DNA from: a virus
Taxonomy: Duplodnaviria > Caudoviricetes
IMG/VR virus record: IMGVR_UViG_3300043442_000893
Coordinates: 1-64,000 of that record
Reading direction: 5' to 3' (one strand)
Length of the DNA: 64,000 nt
Shown: in pieces, positions 16,476 through 26,281 of the stretch
Position numbering within the stretch: position 1 is the first letter of the stretch
Layout: each line of letters starts with the position of its first letter
Translations under genes and position numbers: made by a program
Notes under the pieces: generated by a model
Databases searched by the model: none
What the model was told of the DNA's origin: nothing
The model's input: the letters and a program-made list of their open reading frames with translations, nothing else

Positions 16476-16582
16476 GGTTTAGGCACGTAAGCAACGCCGC
16501 GATAGACGAGGCTTGCCATTTGTGCTTCACGCAGACGAGCTGCTTTCTCAAGCTGCTGCTTGATAAGGGCGAGTGGGTTCAT
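16463..16582 (-). CDS. DUF4278-family small protein (39 aa)
   Basis: LVYRGVAY motif; directly downstream of the riboswitch. Confidence 0.8.
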   Translation of the reverse strand: MNPLALIKQQLEKAARLREAQMASLVYRGVAYVPKPHWF

Positions 16583-16601
16583 GATGGTTCCCGATGATGC
16601 A

Positions 16602-16652
16602 GGCCCCCGTTCCGTGGCTTGCGAGTCATGCGCCCCTTGCGGGGTGAACGTA
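16602..16652 (-). ncRNA. glutamine-II (Downstream-peptide) riboswitch
   Basis: CGTTCA-cccc gcaa gggg-CGCA...ACGGAACGGGG upstream of a YRGVxY peptide. Confidence 0.8.
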
Positions 16653-16669
16653 CCATCAGTGTAGCAAAG

Positions 16670-16743
16670 TGCCCGAAGCAGGATTTGAACCTGCGCTGGA
16701 GGACTTTTAAGGTCCTGGCCTCTTCCAATTGGGCTACTCGGGC
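16670..16743 (-). tRNA. trnL: tRNA-Leu(TAA), short variable arm, no encoded CCA
   Basis: gcccgag/ttcgggc acceptor, aggac-CTTAAAA-gtcct, gcagg-TTCAAAT-cctgc, discriminator A. Confidence 0.88.
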
Positions 16744-16927
16744 AGATGAAGTTGAGGGCGTCGGGCGGGGCTTCAATCCGCCTTGTACGACATTTCAGAA
16801 CGGGTTGGCCCGTTCCCCTCTTCCCCTGGTACGAAACAATGGCGCCTGAAACCATTATTCCTTGTTGAACTAACGCTGGCCAGCGTGCTTCGCGAAAGCT
16901 TCAAAAGCATAGCATGGCTTTTGCTAG

Positions 16928-17173
16928 TCAAACGTCATATTCTCTTAAGGAAGCGTTCTCGGGGAAAAATCCATCGTTTGCGTCGTAAGCCTGCTCCAAG
17001 GTTTCAATTTGCTTCAAGCGTTTTACATGGGCTTGGAGCTTCGGAAGGAGCGTCGGAACGTAGAGATGTTCAGCAGCAAGAAGCTGCAAGGCGGTTTGTC
17101 TATTGGAGCTCCCGCATTCAAGCAAAGAAATAAGAAACCTTGCCTCCTGCATAGTTAATTCGCTGTTCTTCAT
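16928..17173 (-). CDS. hypothetical protein
   Basis: 81-aa ORF downstream of terL. Confidence 0.6.
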   Translation of the reverse strand: MKNSELTMQEARFLISLLECGSSNRQTALQLLAAEHLYVPTLLPKLQAHVKRLKQIETLEQAYDANDGFFPENASLREYDV

Positions 17174-17204
17174 TTCATGGGAGAACTATTGTTTGAAAAT
17201 CATA

Positions 17205-18572
17205 CTAAGAGATGAGGCTTTCAATCCAGCCAATGTCATCGTCTTTGCTGGCGGCAAGAATTGCACCTGCCATTGCAAACGCCAAGTCGTCAATTCCCGA
17301 TGCTTTGCCGCCAGTAACGCTCCATTGTCCGCTTGGTTTGTAAACCACTGTGAGATTCTTTAGTTGCATAATTGCTTTCTCGTGGCGATAGACATTAATT
17401 TGACCTGCATTGAACAATTCGCGCATCTTGCTAAATGCTTTCATTTTGGAACTGACTGTCCAAGTGAGCTCCGTGATGGGCAAATCACTAGACAGGCTTT
17501 GAATGGTGCCAGCGCTATTGAACTGGTCCATCACAATCGTGTCAAACACATACAGACGATGTTGCTCCTTAATCCAATCTTCCACTGCATTGATATTCAC
17601 TTCCATCCTTCCATTGATTTCAAAATCAGCCATGAACGAATGGAACTTATCAACAACTAACGTGCCGTTCTCATAGTGAACAATACAAGCAGTGTAGTCG
17701 TCACGACCAACGCCACCACGGGCGGGGTCCAGGGCAAGTACATAGGCCCCTTGGAATTCAGGGCGTGGTGGTAGAGCCGCTCTACGGTCATCAATACAGG
17801 CGTCAATAACATCGCTTGCAACGAGGGCTGAAAGATTGCTTGCGAATTGCGCCCCATACTCAACTTTAAATTTCTCTGGATCGCGCTGACGCTCTGTGTC
17901 AAGAAACTCTTGCGAAATGCTTGGGTTCATCTCCCATGTTGGGAGATTCACCGCTTGCATGAAAGGGAAACGGCCGGAGCTTGCTTCCTTGAAATGCTGG
18001 TAGAAAATACCGTCTGTCAACCATGGTGAGGAGAGTTCGAGGATGCGTCCTTTCCCTCCGAACTGGGCAATGGCAGGAGAAAGTGCGTCGTAAATGCCAC
18101 GACCACCACTGTTTGCATCGCCTTCAGTGGCAAAGGCAAGCTCGTCAAACACTGCGCCTGCGCAAGCAAGGCCACGAGCAGCACGGCCTGAAGTGGGGAT
18201 GGCCTTGAATACGCAGTTATTGCTCAGTTCAATGATGTCGGCAGTTTCGCGGACAATTTCTTGAGCGAAAGGGCTATCAAGAATGAGCTGGCGAATGTTA
18301 TTGAGAGCAATGCGGGCCTGGTCCTGACTGTTTGCTACGGTCACGATGTACCATTTCTCGCCTTTCCTCACTCGCCGCCGATATTCATCTTCCAGGACGA
18401 AGCACATATAGACGCAGGCCACTGCTGCCATAACAGTTTTGCCTGATCGTCGTCCAAGAGCCCACACTGCATGGCTCTTATCTGGCTGGAAGAAATTATC
18501 AAGGATTTTTGCCTGCTGTGGATAGAGATCCAGCTTGAGAGCGTGCTTGGAAAAGTCAGAACATTTCAGCAT
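17205..18572 (-). CDS. terL: terminase large subunit
   Basis: GRRSGKT Walker A, VFDELAF Walker B, LSSP, ALDPA nuclease, DDLAFA. Confidence 0.93.
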   Translation of the reverse strand: MLKCSDFSKHALKLDLYPQQAKILDNFFQPDKSHAVWALGRRSGKTVMAAVACVYMCFVLEDEYRRRVRKGEKWYIVTVANSQDQARIALNNIRQLILDSPFAQEIVRETADIIELSNNCVFKAIPTSGRAARGLACAGAVFDELAFATEGDANSGGRGIYDALSPAIAQFGGKGRILELSSPWLTDGIFYQHFKEASSGRFPFMQAVNLPTWEMNPSISQEFLDTERQRDPEKFKVEYGAQFASNLSALVASDVIDACIDDRRAALPPRPEFQGAYVLALDPARGGVGRDDYTACIVHYENGTLVVDKFHSFMADFEINGRMEVNINAVEDWIKEQHRLYVFDTIVMDQFNSAGTIQSLSSDLPITELTWTVSSKMKAFSKMRELFNAGQINVYRHEKAIMQLKNLTVVYKPSGQWSVTGGKASGIDDLAFAMAGAILAASKDDDIGWIESLIS

Positions 18573-19071
18573 GGCGCAAGTCTATAAGAGGAAGCAATGC
18601 AGACTGAGGAACGAAATAAGCTGGTCTTCCGCCTGCAGGATCTTTCTTCCATTGTTCCTTCATGGCATCTTCACTCTTTATCCAACCATGGAGAAGAGTG
18701 ATTTTGTTTTGAATTGTAACCAGCACTAAAGTTTTTCCGGGCTTCTCGTCTAGTTGGCAGATGAGATCATAGTCATGACGAGAGCGTGTTTTCACGTCGA
18801 TATTGGGAGGTAGATCAAAAGATCCGCGAATGGCTTCTGTTTCTTGATAGAGAAACTCCCGTAGATGGAGATAATCTGCCACTGCCAGTTCGCCCGCAGC
18901 GCCAAGCTTATGAAAGAACAAAGCCTTGTCACCATCTTTCGGGCCTCCATTGCGCCCTTTCAGGCCTTTTCTCTCATTGAAACGCTGCCTGCGCATGGCT
19001 TCCGTCCGCACAAGCTCCTTGTCTTCCTCGCTGAAATGGAAAACAATGCCAAAGCTAGCCATAGTGTGCAT
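18556..19071 (-). CDS. PD-(D/E)xK-like hypothetical protein
   Basis: GAAGELAVA...D.....IDVKT. Confidence 0.65.
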   Translation of the reverse strand: MHTMASFGIVFHFSEEDKELVRTEAMRRQRFNERKGLKGRNGGPKDGDKALFFHKLGAAGELAVADYLHLREFLYQETEAIRGSFDLPPNIDVKTRSRHDYDLICQLDEKPGKTLVLVTIQNKITLLHGWIKSEDAMKEQWKKDPAGGRPAYFVPQSALLPLIDLRHAEMF

Positions 19072-19137
19072 AAGCTACGTGACAATGTAGCCGGGTTCTA
19101 GAATAAAAGCAACACATCATGGCCATAAATAAAGCTT

Positions 19138-21231
19138 ATGGAAAGCGACGCAATTGATCTTGGTCACGTTGGTAGTGGCGGAGTGAGGGCTGATGGCCTC
19201 CAGAACGTGCTCATTGGCATGGGCACTGGTCGTGACAAGGCGCAATATACTAAAACTACAGCCACAGTATTTCTGGCGCAAGAAGAACTAGAAAATCTTT
19301 ATGGTGAATGGCTTCCTCGTCGCATTGTTGATATTTATGCTGACCAAGCCACTCGAAAAGGCTTCAAAGTATTGTTTGGTGGCGATGGCGTTAGGGCCGA
19401 AGAAGTGCAAGGAATTGAGCAAGTAATTGAAGACCTCTACATCCTCGAACATCTCAACCTCGCAGCAAAGAACGCCCGTCTTTATGGGGGTGCTTGTCTA
19501 CTTCTTTTTATTGACGATGGGCGTCCCGCTTACATGCCTGTCGATAAACGGAATATCCGTCGCATCGAAGACATTGAGTGTTTGGACCGATGGCAAATTG
19601 CGCCCGTTATTAATGAAGAAAACCTCTACGACTATTCAAAAGCCACTTATTATCAGATCATCTCTGGAGATTTAATTAACCAGCCGCAGCTTTCTTATAT
19701 TCACAAAGACCGCATTCTTCGTTTTGATGGCGATTGGCTGCCATATCGCATTAGGCAAAGGAACTATGGATGGGGCATGAGCAGTTTGCAAACTGTTTAT
19801 GACAGCTTCCGTCATTATTGGACGGGCTTGAATTCAGCAGCAACGCTCCTCACGGAGTTTGACATCTTTGTTCATAAAGTGAGGGGCCTTGCGGCAATGC
19901 TTGCTGCTGGCAAGGAAAGCTCCATTCGTGATCGTTTGCAAGTGAACGATATGAGCAAGAGCATCTATCGCGGCTACGCGATTGATGCGGAGAAAGAAGA
20001 GCTTGAATTTATTAGTCGCAACTTTGGTGGTATTGGAGAAATCCTTGAGAAACTGCGCGTGGATATTATTGGCGCCAGCAAAATTCCTCACACCGTGCTG
20101 TTTGGGGAGAGTCCAAGTGGTCTTGGCTCCACTGGTCGCAGTGAAGAGCGTGATTTCGCCAAAACGCTTGCTGATTATCAAAGCGTTCATTTCAAACGGC
20201 CCATCAAGAAGCTGATGGAAATGATCATGCTTAGCAAGGAGGGCCCCACGAAAGGAGAACTGCCTGAGTCATGGCGCATTTCTTTCAATCCATTGTTCGA
20301 GCTTAATGAGCGCGAAATGGCCGACGTACGGGCGCGTGTGGCGGCCGTAGACGGTCGTTACATCCAGCTTGGCGTGCTGAGTCCCAAGGAAGTGGCAGAT
20401 GCTCGTTACGGCGGTTCTGAGTGGAGCATGGAGCTTACGCTTGATCCGTCCGTAGTGCGGGAACTTCCCCAGTCTTCCACTCAAGCTGGGGGTGGTGCCA
20501 CTCAGAAAGGGGGTGACGGGAAAATGGCAGTGCATCCTGGCGGTCGTGATCCTATGAACGAGGAGAACGGCACGCTTCCCATGGACGGAAGCCGTGAAGT
20601 GCAAGACGCTGCTGGCTTATTTCTGCCTCGTGATCTGGAGAAGGTGCGTGGTGACGTGACATTCACGGATAAAGAGCTGCATTCTCGGGCAGTAAGCGCT
20701 GCTAAGTCCAAATTCAAAGTGTGGCCTTCTGCTTATGCCAGCGGTTACGTGGTGCAACAGTACAAGCAAATGTACAAGAAGAAGCACGGTTCACTGAGCG
20801 GAGCATTCAAGAGCGACGAGCAAGAGCTTCATGCTGACGATCTTGATAAATGGTTCAAGGAAAAGTGGGTGAGGATTGGCGCCAATGGCGAAATCCTTGG
20901 TCCTTGCGGCGCTCGTGAGGAAAAAGAAGGCAAGCCTAAGTGCTTGCCTCAAGCCAAGGCGCAAGCCATGAGCAAAGAAGAGCGTCAAACAATTGTTGCT
21001 CGCAAGCGCAAGGCGGATCCCGATCCCGAACGTAAAGGCCCAGCCAAGAATGTGAGCAGCAAAGTTGATGCAATGGAGCCTATGAAAGTCGAAGGCTTGA
21101 TTCTTTCCGACCTTGACGAAGCCGCATTGATTAGCGCCGAGGATATTGACGCTGCATTGAACCAATGGAAGGAGGAAGCGCCTGAGCGTTTCAAGGATAT
21201 TCTGGAGGCTGAAGATGCAAGGCCTGAATGA
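19138..21231 (+). CDS. portal protein (DUF1073-type) with C-terminal DUF5872-like extension
   Basis: ARLYGG, IH.DR, WG.S.L, IP.T.LFG.SP.G; extension PSAYASG...KWFKEKWV...CG...PKCLP. Confidence 0.85.
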   Translation: MESDAIDLGHVGSGGVRADGLQNVLIGMGTGRDKAQYTKTTATVFLAQEELENLYGEWLPRRIVDIYADQATRKGFKVLFGGDGVRAEEVQGIEQVIEDLYILEHLNLAAKNARLYGGACLLLFIDDGRPAYMPVDKRNIRRIEDIECLDRWQIAPVINEENLYDYSKATYYQIISGDLINQPQLSYIHKDRILRFDGDWLPYRIRQRNYGWGMSSLQTVYDSFRHYWTGLNSAATLLTEFDIFVHKVRGLAAMLAAGKESSIRDRLQVNDMSKSIYRGYAIDAEKEELEFISRNFGGIGEILEKLRVDIIGASKIPHTVLFGESPSGLGSTGRSEERDFAKTLADYQSVHFKRPIKKLMEMIMLSKEGPTKGELPESWRISFNPLFELNEREMADVRARVAAVDGRYIQLGVLSPKEVADARYGGSEWSMELTLDPSVVRELPQSSTQAGGGATQKGGDGKMAVHPGGRDPMNEENGTLPMDGSREVQDAAGLFLPRDLEKVRGDVTFTDKELHSRAVSAAKSKFKVWPSAYASGYVVQQYKQMYKKKHGSLSGAFKSDEQELHADDLDKWFKEKWVRIGANGEILGPCGAREEKEGKPKCLPQAKAQAMSKEERQTIVARKRKADPDPERKGPAKNVSSKVDAMEPMKVEGLILSDLDEAALISAEDIDAALNQWKEEAPERFKDILEAEDARPE

Positions 21232-21898
21232 TTTATCAACGTTCGCTGCCGCTCTTGAACAGCGTCTTGACCAATCCTCATGGCGCTACGATCCCGTTAG
21301 TGGCCGTTATCGCGGAAGCAATGGACGGTTCCTCAGTCAGTCTGCCGTGGAAGCTTTGGTTGATGGTCGAATTAACAAGCTTGGCACTTTGCTACGTCGT
21401 CTTACAAACATGCTTAGTAGCGGCGACATTACGTTGGTTCAATGGCAAGAAAGCGTAAGAGAAGCACTTAAGCTTGCGCATGTACAAGCCGCGATCATTG
21501 GCAATGGTGGACGGGATACGATGCGGGCTTCAGACTGGGGGCGCATCGGTCAACGCCTTCGTGCGGAATATCGTTATCTGGAGGGTTTTGCTCGCGATCT
21601 TCTGGCTGGGAGCATTTCTACTCCCATGGCTCTTGCTCGCATCGGCATGTACGCTCAAGCTGTGCGAGGTTCTTACTGGGAAGGCACCACAATTCGGCAG
21701 GAGAAGCAAGGGTATAGCTTGATGCGACGCATCCTGGATCCGCAGGCAAAGCATTGTGACGACTGCTTGCGCTATGCAGGGCGAGGAGCTGTTCCCATTG
21801 GAAGCTTGCCCATGCCAGGCCAGCGTTGTGCTTGTATGTCCAATTGCAAATGCAGCGTAAAATACATGCGTCAACAAGCGCCAGTCGTGGCAGTGTGA
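21215..21898 (+). CDS. head morphogenesis / minor capsid protein
   Basis: Follows portal; HC.DC...LP.PG..C.C..NCKC terminus. Confidence 0.7.
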   Translation: MQGLNDLSTFAAALEQRLDQSSWRYDPVSGRYRGSNGRFLSQSAVEALVDGRINKLGTLLRRLTNMLSSGDITLVQWQESVREALKLAHVQAAIIGNGGRDTMRASDWGRIGQRLRAEYRYLEGFARDLLAGSISTPMALARIGMYAQAVRGSYWEGTTIRQEKQGYSLMRRILDPQAKHCDDCLRYAGRGAVPIGSLPMPGQRCACMSNCKCSVKYMRQQAPVVAV

Positions 21899-21900
21899 GC

Positions 21901-22626
21901 ATGGATGTTTTAGTTGGAAGCACTGGCCTGATTGGCAGAGTGTTGCGCGAGCATCACGACTTTGATTGCCGCTTTAATTCCGAAAATATTCATTTGGCGC
22001 CATTACTAAAGGACGATATTGATAAGCTTTATTTGGCTTGTTTGCCGGCGGAGAAGTGGAAGGCAAATCAGGCTCCGATGGCAGATTTTGATAATATGTA
22101 TCACGTTTTGACAAAGATGAGGCTATGGAAGCCGAAGGAAATCATCCTTTATTCCACCATTGACATCTATAGTCAAACTTATAAATATGTGGAAAACTTT
22201 CCAGAAATTCATGGCATTAATTATGGATCCACGCGCTATATTTTTGAGCTGCTAGTTAAGACCACATTCCCGGAAGCCGTAATTACCATCATTCGTCTCC
22301 CTGCATTATTTCATAGGCGCATTAAGAAAAACATTCTGTTTGATCTTCTCAATGGCAACAACATTGAAAAAATTAACGCCAATTCTTGCTACCAATGGTA
22401 CGACTTAAAGGACTTATGGCTTCACACTGAAGCCTGTCAAAAAGGCGGAGAGCATCAATGGTTCTCTGAACCTGTTGAAACTTTAGAGATTATTGACCGA
22501 TGGTTTCCATGGGCGAAGACAGTCGTCGATTGTGGGCCGCGCATTGAATATAACTATGGGCCTTATTTTTCCAGTAAAGAAACCACGCTGAAAAAGATGG
22601 AGGCATTTGTTAATGCTTGGAATTAG
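21901..22626 (+). CDS. NAD-dependent epimerase/dehydratase-like protein
   Basis: VGSTGLIG Rossmann motif, STIDIY, YG..R, IRLPALF. Confidence 0.8.
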   Translation: MDVLVGSTGLIGRVLREHHDFDCRFNSENIHLAPLLKDDIDKLYLACLPAEKWKANQAPMADFDNMYHVLTKMRLWKPKEIILYSTIDIYSQTYKYVENFPEIHGINYGSTRYIFELLVKTTFPEAVITIIRLPALFHRRIKKNILFDLLNGNNIEKINANSCYQWYDLKDLWLHTEACQKGGEHQWFSEPVETLEIIDRWFPWAKTVVDCGPRIEYNYGPYFSSKETTLKKMEAFVNAWN

Positions 22627-23353
22627 TGCGATTGGCTGGAAAGATGAAGAAGAGCATGAAATCTTAAGCGCCAATGCCGGTGCTTTTAATTTCATTGAGC
22701 TGGTACCGTCTCGCATCTTTGCGAGAAATGAAGACTTTGGCGACATTGCAAAGCGCTATAGGGAGCATTATGGACTTTGGGCCTATTCAGCTCAGGCGCT
22801 GTTCTACGACAGCGCCGTTCAAAGCTTTGAGGACACTGCTGCCACGCAAGAGCATTTGCTGCGAGTGGTGAAGCTTGGCTCCTTGATGGGCATTAAGCGC
22901 TTCGTCCTTGGCAGTCCTGCCTTGCGCAGGGGGAGCCCGTCAAGCTTGATGGAAGTCCTAAAGCGCATGGATTCAATCCTTGAGGCGAATGATGCCATTC
23001 TTTGCATTGAGCCCATTGCAAAAGCATTTGGCGGAAAGTATTTTCATACGGTTGAGGAGATTATCAATCACATTGACTTCTATAACTTGCGCAATGTGAA
23101 GACAATGCTTGATACAAATAATGCTTGGCTTCAAGGCGATAGTCCGATAAAGATTATTAAACATTACTTCCGTTTCATTGCTCACGTTCATATCAGCGAC
23201 ACTGACAATGGTCCCATTTTGAACCAGTATGAACATAAGCAAATCAAACGGCTCTTAGTTGCAAGCAGCTACCAAGGCGGAATCACGCGCGAGCTGGTAA
23301 ATGTTTCTCAGCACCATCGTGAATATCCGCTGTTTAGACAGCTTTATGGCTAA
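22613..23353 (+). CDS. sugar phosphate isomerase/epimerase (xylose isomerase-like TIM barrel)
   Basis: IELVP, LGSP..R, CIEP, LDT.N, HVHISD. Confidence 0.8.
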   Translation: MLGISAIGWKDEEEHEILSANAGAFNFIELVPSRIFARNEDFGDIAKRYREHYGLWAYSAQALFYDSAVQSFEDTAATQEHLLRVVKLGSLMGIKRFVLGSPALRRGSPSSLMEVLKRMDSILEANDAILCIEPIAKAFGGKYFHTVEEIINHIDFYNLRNVKTMLDTNNAWLQGDSPIKIIKHYFRFIAHVHISDTDNGPILNQYEHKQIKRLLVASSYQGGITRELVNVSQHHREYPLFRQLYG

Positions 23354-24297
23354 GCAATAATTTGTCTAGCCATGCTTTCAATGGCATAGACGCCTTGAAT
23401 CTTGCCCGTGAAGAAAGAGAATAGATTTTCGTCTTGACGCATTAATGGCGTGCGATTAGCGCTGCAGTCCTTCGTCTTCGCTTTAATTGAAAGAGTGGGG
23501 AATAGATAGTCAAAGCTATCAGCAAAGTCTGGCCAATAACGTTCCACGTGTTGCTCAATTAATTGCCTTGCATTGTCCGCATTGTCGAGCGAGTTATCGC
23601 TCATGACGCCATGCCTTACGTGGCTCAACGAGAAGCATTTGTTGTTGTATGGATAGATGGAAAATAGTTCTCCATCAATGTAGGTGAGGGCGCCAAATGG
23701 AAGAGGAGTCTTGGGGCGATAAATAAACATTGCCACTGCTTCAAAGAAATGAGAGGGCAATGGATCCAGGAGAGCATTGTTGGTGCAGTCGAAAACAAAA
23801 TCGTAATCTTGCTTCAATGCTTGCAGATTGCATTGCTGAATCTTTTCCTTTTTGACCAGTGGTTCCAGGTACCATTGAAAAAATAGGCTCGCTCCAATGG
23901 CATCAATGCGCTTTTCGGGAGTGGCTAGCAAAAGCGAGGTGTGGTTAAAGGCCTGTGGATCTAGCTGTGCATGCGGACCATTCCCGAAAATAATGGAAAT
24001 AGTTTCAGCATCAAGAAGGCTTTCATCTTCCGACACTGCGTAGTAATTATTCTCCACGTCATGGACAAGGTCGCCATAGTCCTCCATGAAGCGCACAAAA
24101 GTGGTGGCACACAAGCGGCGAGTGGCAGCATTTCTGGCATAGTGATAGCCATAGTGCAAGCGGTTTTGATTAATAAAAGAAGTTTCTGAAATGAGCGTAT
24201 GATTCTTTTCATACAGCGTCACTTCCATCTCATCGCGGAATGTCATTGCTAAATGACATCCCACCCAGCCTCCGCCGATAATTGCCAAACGCTTCAT
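23350..24297 (-). CDS. FAD-dependent oxidoreductase
   Basis: IIGGGWVG, NQNRLHYGYHY, GKI. Confidence 0.85.
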   Translation of the reverse strand: MKRLAIIGGGWVGCHLAMTFRDEMEVTLYEKNHTLISETSFINQNRLHYGYHYARNAATRRLCATTFVRFMEDYGDLVHDVENNYYAVSEDESLLDAETISIIFGNGPHAQLDPQAFNHTSLLLATPEKRIDAIGASLFFQWYLEPLVKKEKIQQCNLQALKQDYDFVFDCTNNALLDPLPSHFFEAVAMFIYRPKTPLPFGALTYIDGELFSIYPYNNKCFSLSHVRHGVMSDNSLDNADNARQLIEQHVERYWPDFADSFDYLFPTLSIKAKTKDCSANRTPLMRQDENLFSFFTGKIQGVYAIESMARQIIA

Positions 24298-24992
24298 CAG
24301 ATGTCAATGCAAAGGTGGGGTTGAACGCCTTGCCAGTTGCTTTTGGCTTTAGCGAGGTGCAATTGCGGGAAGTATTCGATGCGGCGCTGCATGCCAGTGC
24401 CGTATGGATCGGCGTGTCCCTGGTAGTTCCATTCATCAGGGCCGTGCTTGTCTGGATGGTAAATGTGGCAAGGCACGTCCTGGAGCTTCCAGAGCATATA
24501 GTCCTCGTTAGGCACGCCCCACTGCTTCCATTGCTGCAATGCTTCAGGAGAGCTGTCCAAGTTCTTGATGGCCATCAAGCGCTCCTTGTGAGCCATGAGG
24601 TAGTCGTGGCGATAAAGGCCAATGCTCATCGAAGGCGTTTGCTTCATTGCCACCTTCTCTGGAGCCTCTACAGGAGGCTCATAAGCCAGTGCCTTGAAGA
24701 GGGGGCCTGCAATGCACGTGTCATGAAGGAGAAACCAATACTGGCTCTCCATTGAATGTTCAACAATTTCAATGAGCGGCGTGTATTCAAAGGAATTCTG
24801 CTGCGTCAGCAGCATCGGCACGCCTTTGTAGCTTGTATTGGCGCGAACAGTTTGACCGCCATTGACGATTAAAATTTCCTCTTGCTTGATGCCAGCAGCG
24901 AACAAACTGGGAATGATGACGGGAATTGTATGCGGGGCAAATTTCTTGCACGTACTAATGCAAAAGCGTATCGAACCAAGTGGTAATGTCAT
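24297..24992 (-). CDS. glycosyltransferase-like protein (GT-A)
   Basis: NSFEYT, WFLLHDTC motif. Confidence 0.6.
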   Translation of the reverse strand: MTLPLGSIRFCISTCKKFAPHTIPVIIPSLFAAGIKQEEILIVNGGQTVRANTSYKGVPMLLTQQNSFEYTPLIEIVEHSMESQYWFLLHDTCIAGPLFKALAYEPPVEAPEKVAMKQTPSMSIGLYRHDYLMAHKERLMAIKNLDSSPEALQQWKQWGVPNEDYMLWKLQDVPCHIYHPDKHGPDEWNYQGHADPYGTGMQRRIEYFPQLHLAKAKSNWQGVQPHLCIDI

Positions 24993-25052
24993 TTGCCTCC
25001 TTTTGCCATCAGTATAAAAGCCCCTTAAGATGACGAAGATTCAGGGGAGACT

Positions 25053-26276
25053 ATGGCCCGCATTCTGTATTGTGGCGATGCCTTTGTAGAGACAGGCTTT
25101 GGACGAGTGGCGCAATATTTGCTTCCTGCATTAGCAGAAGAGCATGAAGTGGCTGTATTAGCCGTAAACTTCCACGGCGACCCCCATCCAGAAGCAAAGA
25201 ACTATACGGTTTATCCTGCCATGCTGCATGGCAATGATCCGTTTGGCTCCCATCGTATTGCAGGCGTCATCCAAGCATTCAAGCCAGATCTTGTATGGGT
25301 GACTAATGACATCTGGATCGCCTTGCAACTATGGGAAAAGGCGAAGCCGTTGAAGGAGCAGCTTGGCTTCAAATGGTTTGTCTACACTCCCATTGATTCC
25401 TACGGCTTGTTCCCAGACCTGGCTAAGCCCATGATGGAATGGGATGGGCTTGCCACTTATACGGAATTTGCCAAGAAAGAGCTTGAGCTGATGGGCTACA
25501 CAAAGCCCGTGCGTATTATTGGCCATGGCACCGACTTTACGAAATTCTTCCCTATGGACAAGGAAGAATGCCGCAAGAAGCTTGGCGTGCCAGATAATGT
25601 GTTTGTCGTTTTCAACGGCAATAGGAATCAGCCGCGTAAGCGCATTGATTTGACAATTAAAGCGTTCATCAAATTTGCCAAAGATAAGGACGACGCTCGT
25701 CTATGGCTCAATATGGGCAGCAAGGATTTGGGGTGGGAATTGGTGCCGCTTTTTAAGCGCGTGGCGCGTGATGAAGGCTTTGACCCAACAAGCAAGCTCA
25801 TCTTGACAAGTCCGCACTATTCAGTGGATAACTGTCTTCCCATTGAGCAGTTGAACCAAGTGTATAACGCTGCCGATATTGGCATTAATACTTGCATTGG
25901 CGAGGGATGGGGCTTGGTCAACTCGGAGCATGGCGCCACTGGCGTGGCGCAAGTGGTTCCAGACCATACAAGCTTGGCTGAAATCTTTGATGAGATGCCT
26001 CGCATTGAATGCAATGCCAGCGAAACAGATCGAAATTACGGCTTGGAGCGTTTACTTCCAGATCCTGAATGCGCTGCAAATATTCTCACTTACTATTACG
26101 AGAACCGCGACATTCTGAAGCAGCATGGACAATGGTGCTACAAGCGTCTCCATGAGGAGCCGTTTACATGGCCCTACATTCAGCAGCAGCTTAAAGATGC
26201 AGTGAATGAAACGCTTGCCGCCAAGCCTGCAGAGCCTGAATTCAAAGGCTTTGGCACTCCCGCCAAGATTGTTTGA
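25053..26276 (+). CDS. glycosyltransferase family 4
   Basis: TGFGRV, NRNQPRKR, YNAADIG..T..GEGWGL...E. Confidence 0.9.
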   Translation: MARILYCGDAFVETGFGRVAQYLLPALAEEHEVAVLAVNFHGDPHPEAKNYTVYPAMLHGNDPFGSHRIAGVIQAFKPDLVWVTNDIWIALQLWEKAKPLKEQLGFKWFVYTPIDSYGLFPDLAKPMMEWDGLATYTEFAKKELELMGYTKPVRIIGHGTDFTKFFPMDKEECRKKLGVPDNVFVVFNGNRNQPRKRIDLTIKAFIKFAKDKDDARLWLNMGSKDLGWELVPLFKRVARDEGFDPTSKLILTSPHYSVDNCLPIEQLNQVYNAADIGINTCIGEGWGLVNSEHGATGVAQVVPDHTSLAEIFDEMPRIECNASETDRNYGLERLLPDPECAANILTYYYENRDILKQHGQWCYKRLHEEPFTWPYIQQQLKDAVNETLAAKPAEPEFKGFGTPAKIV

Positions 26277-26281
26277 TTGCC

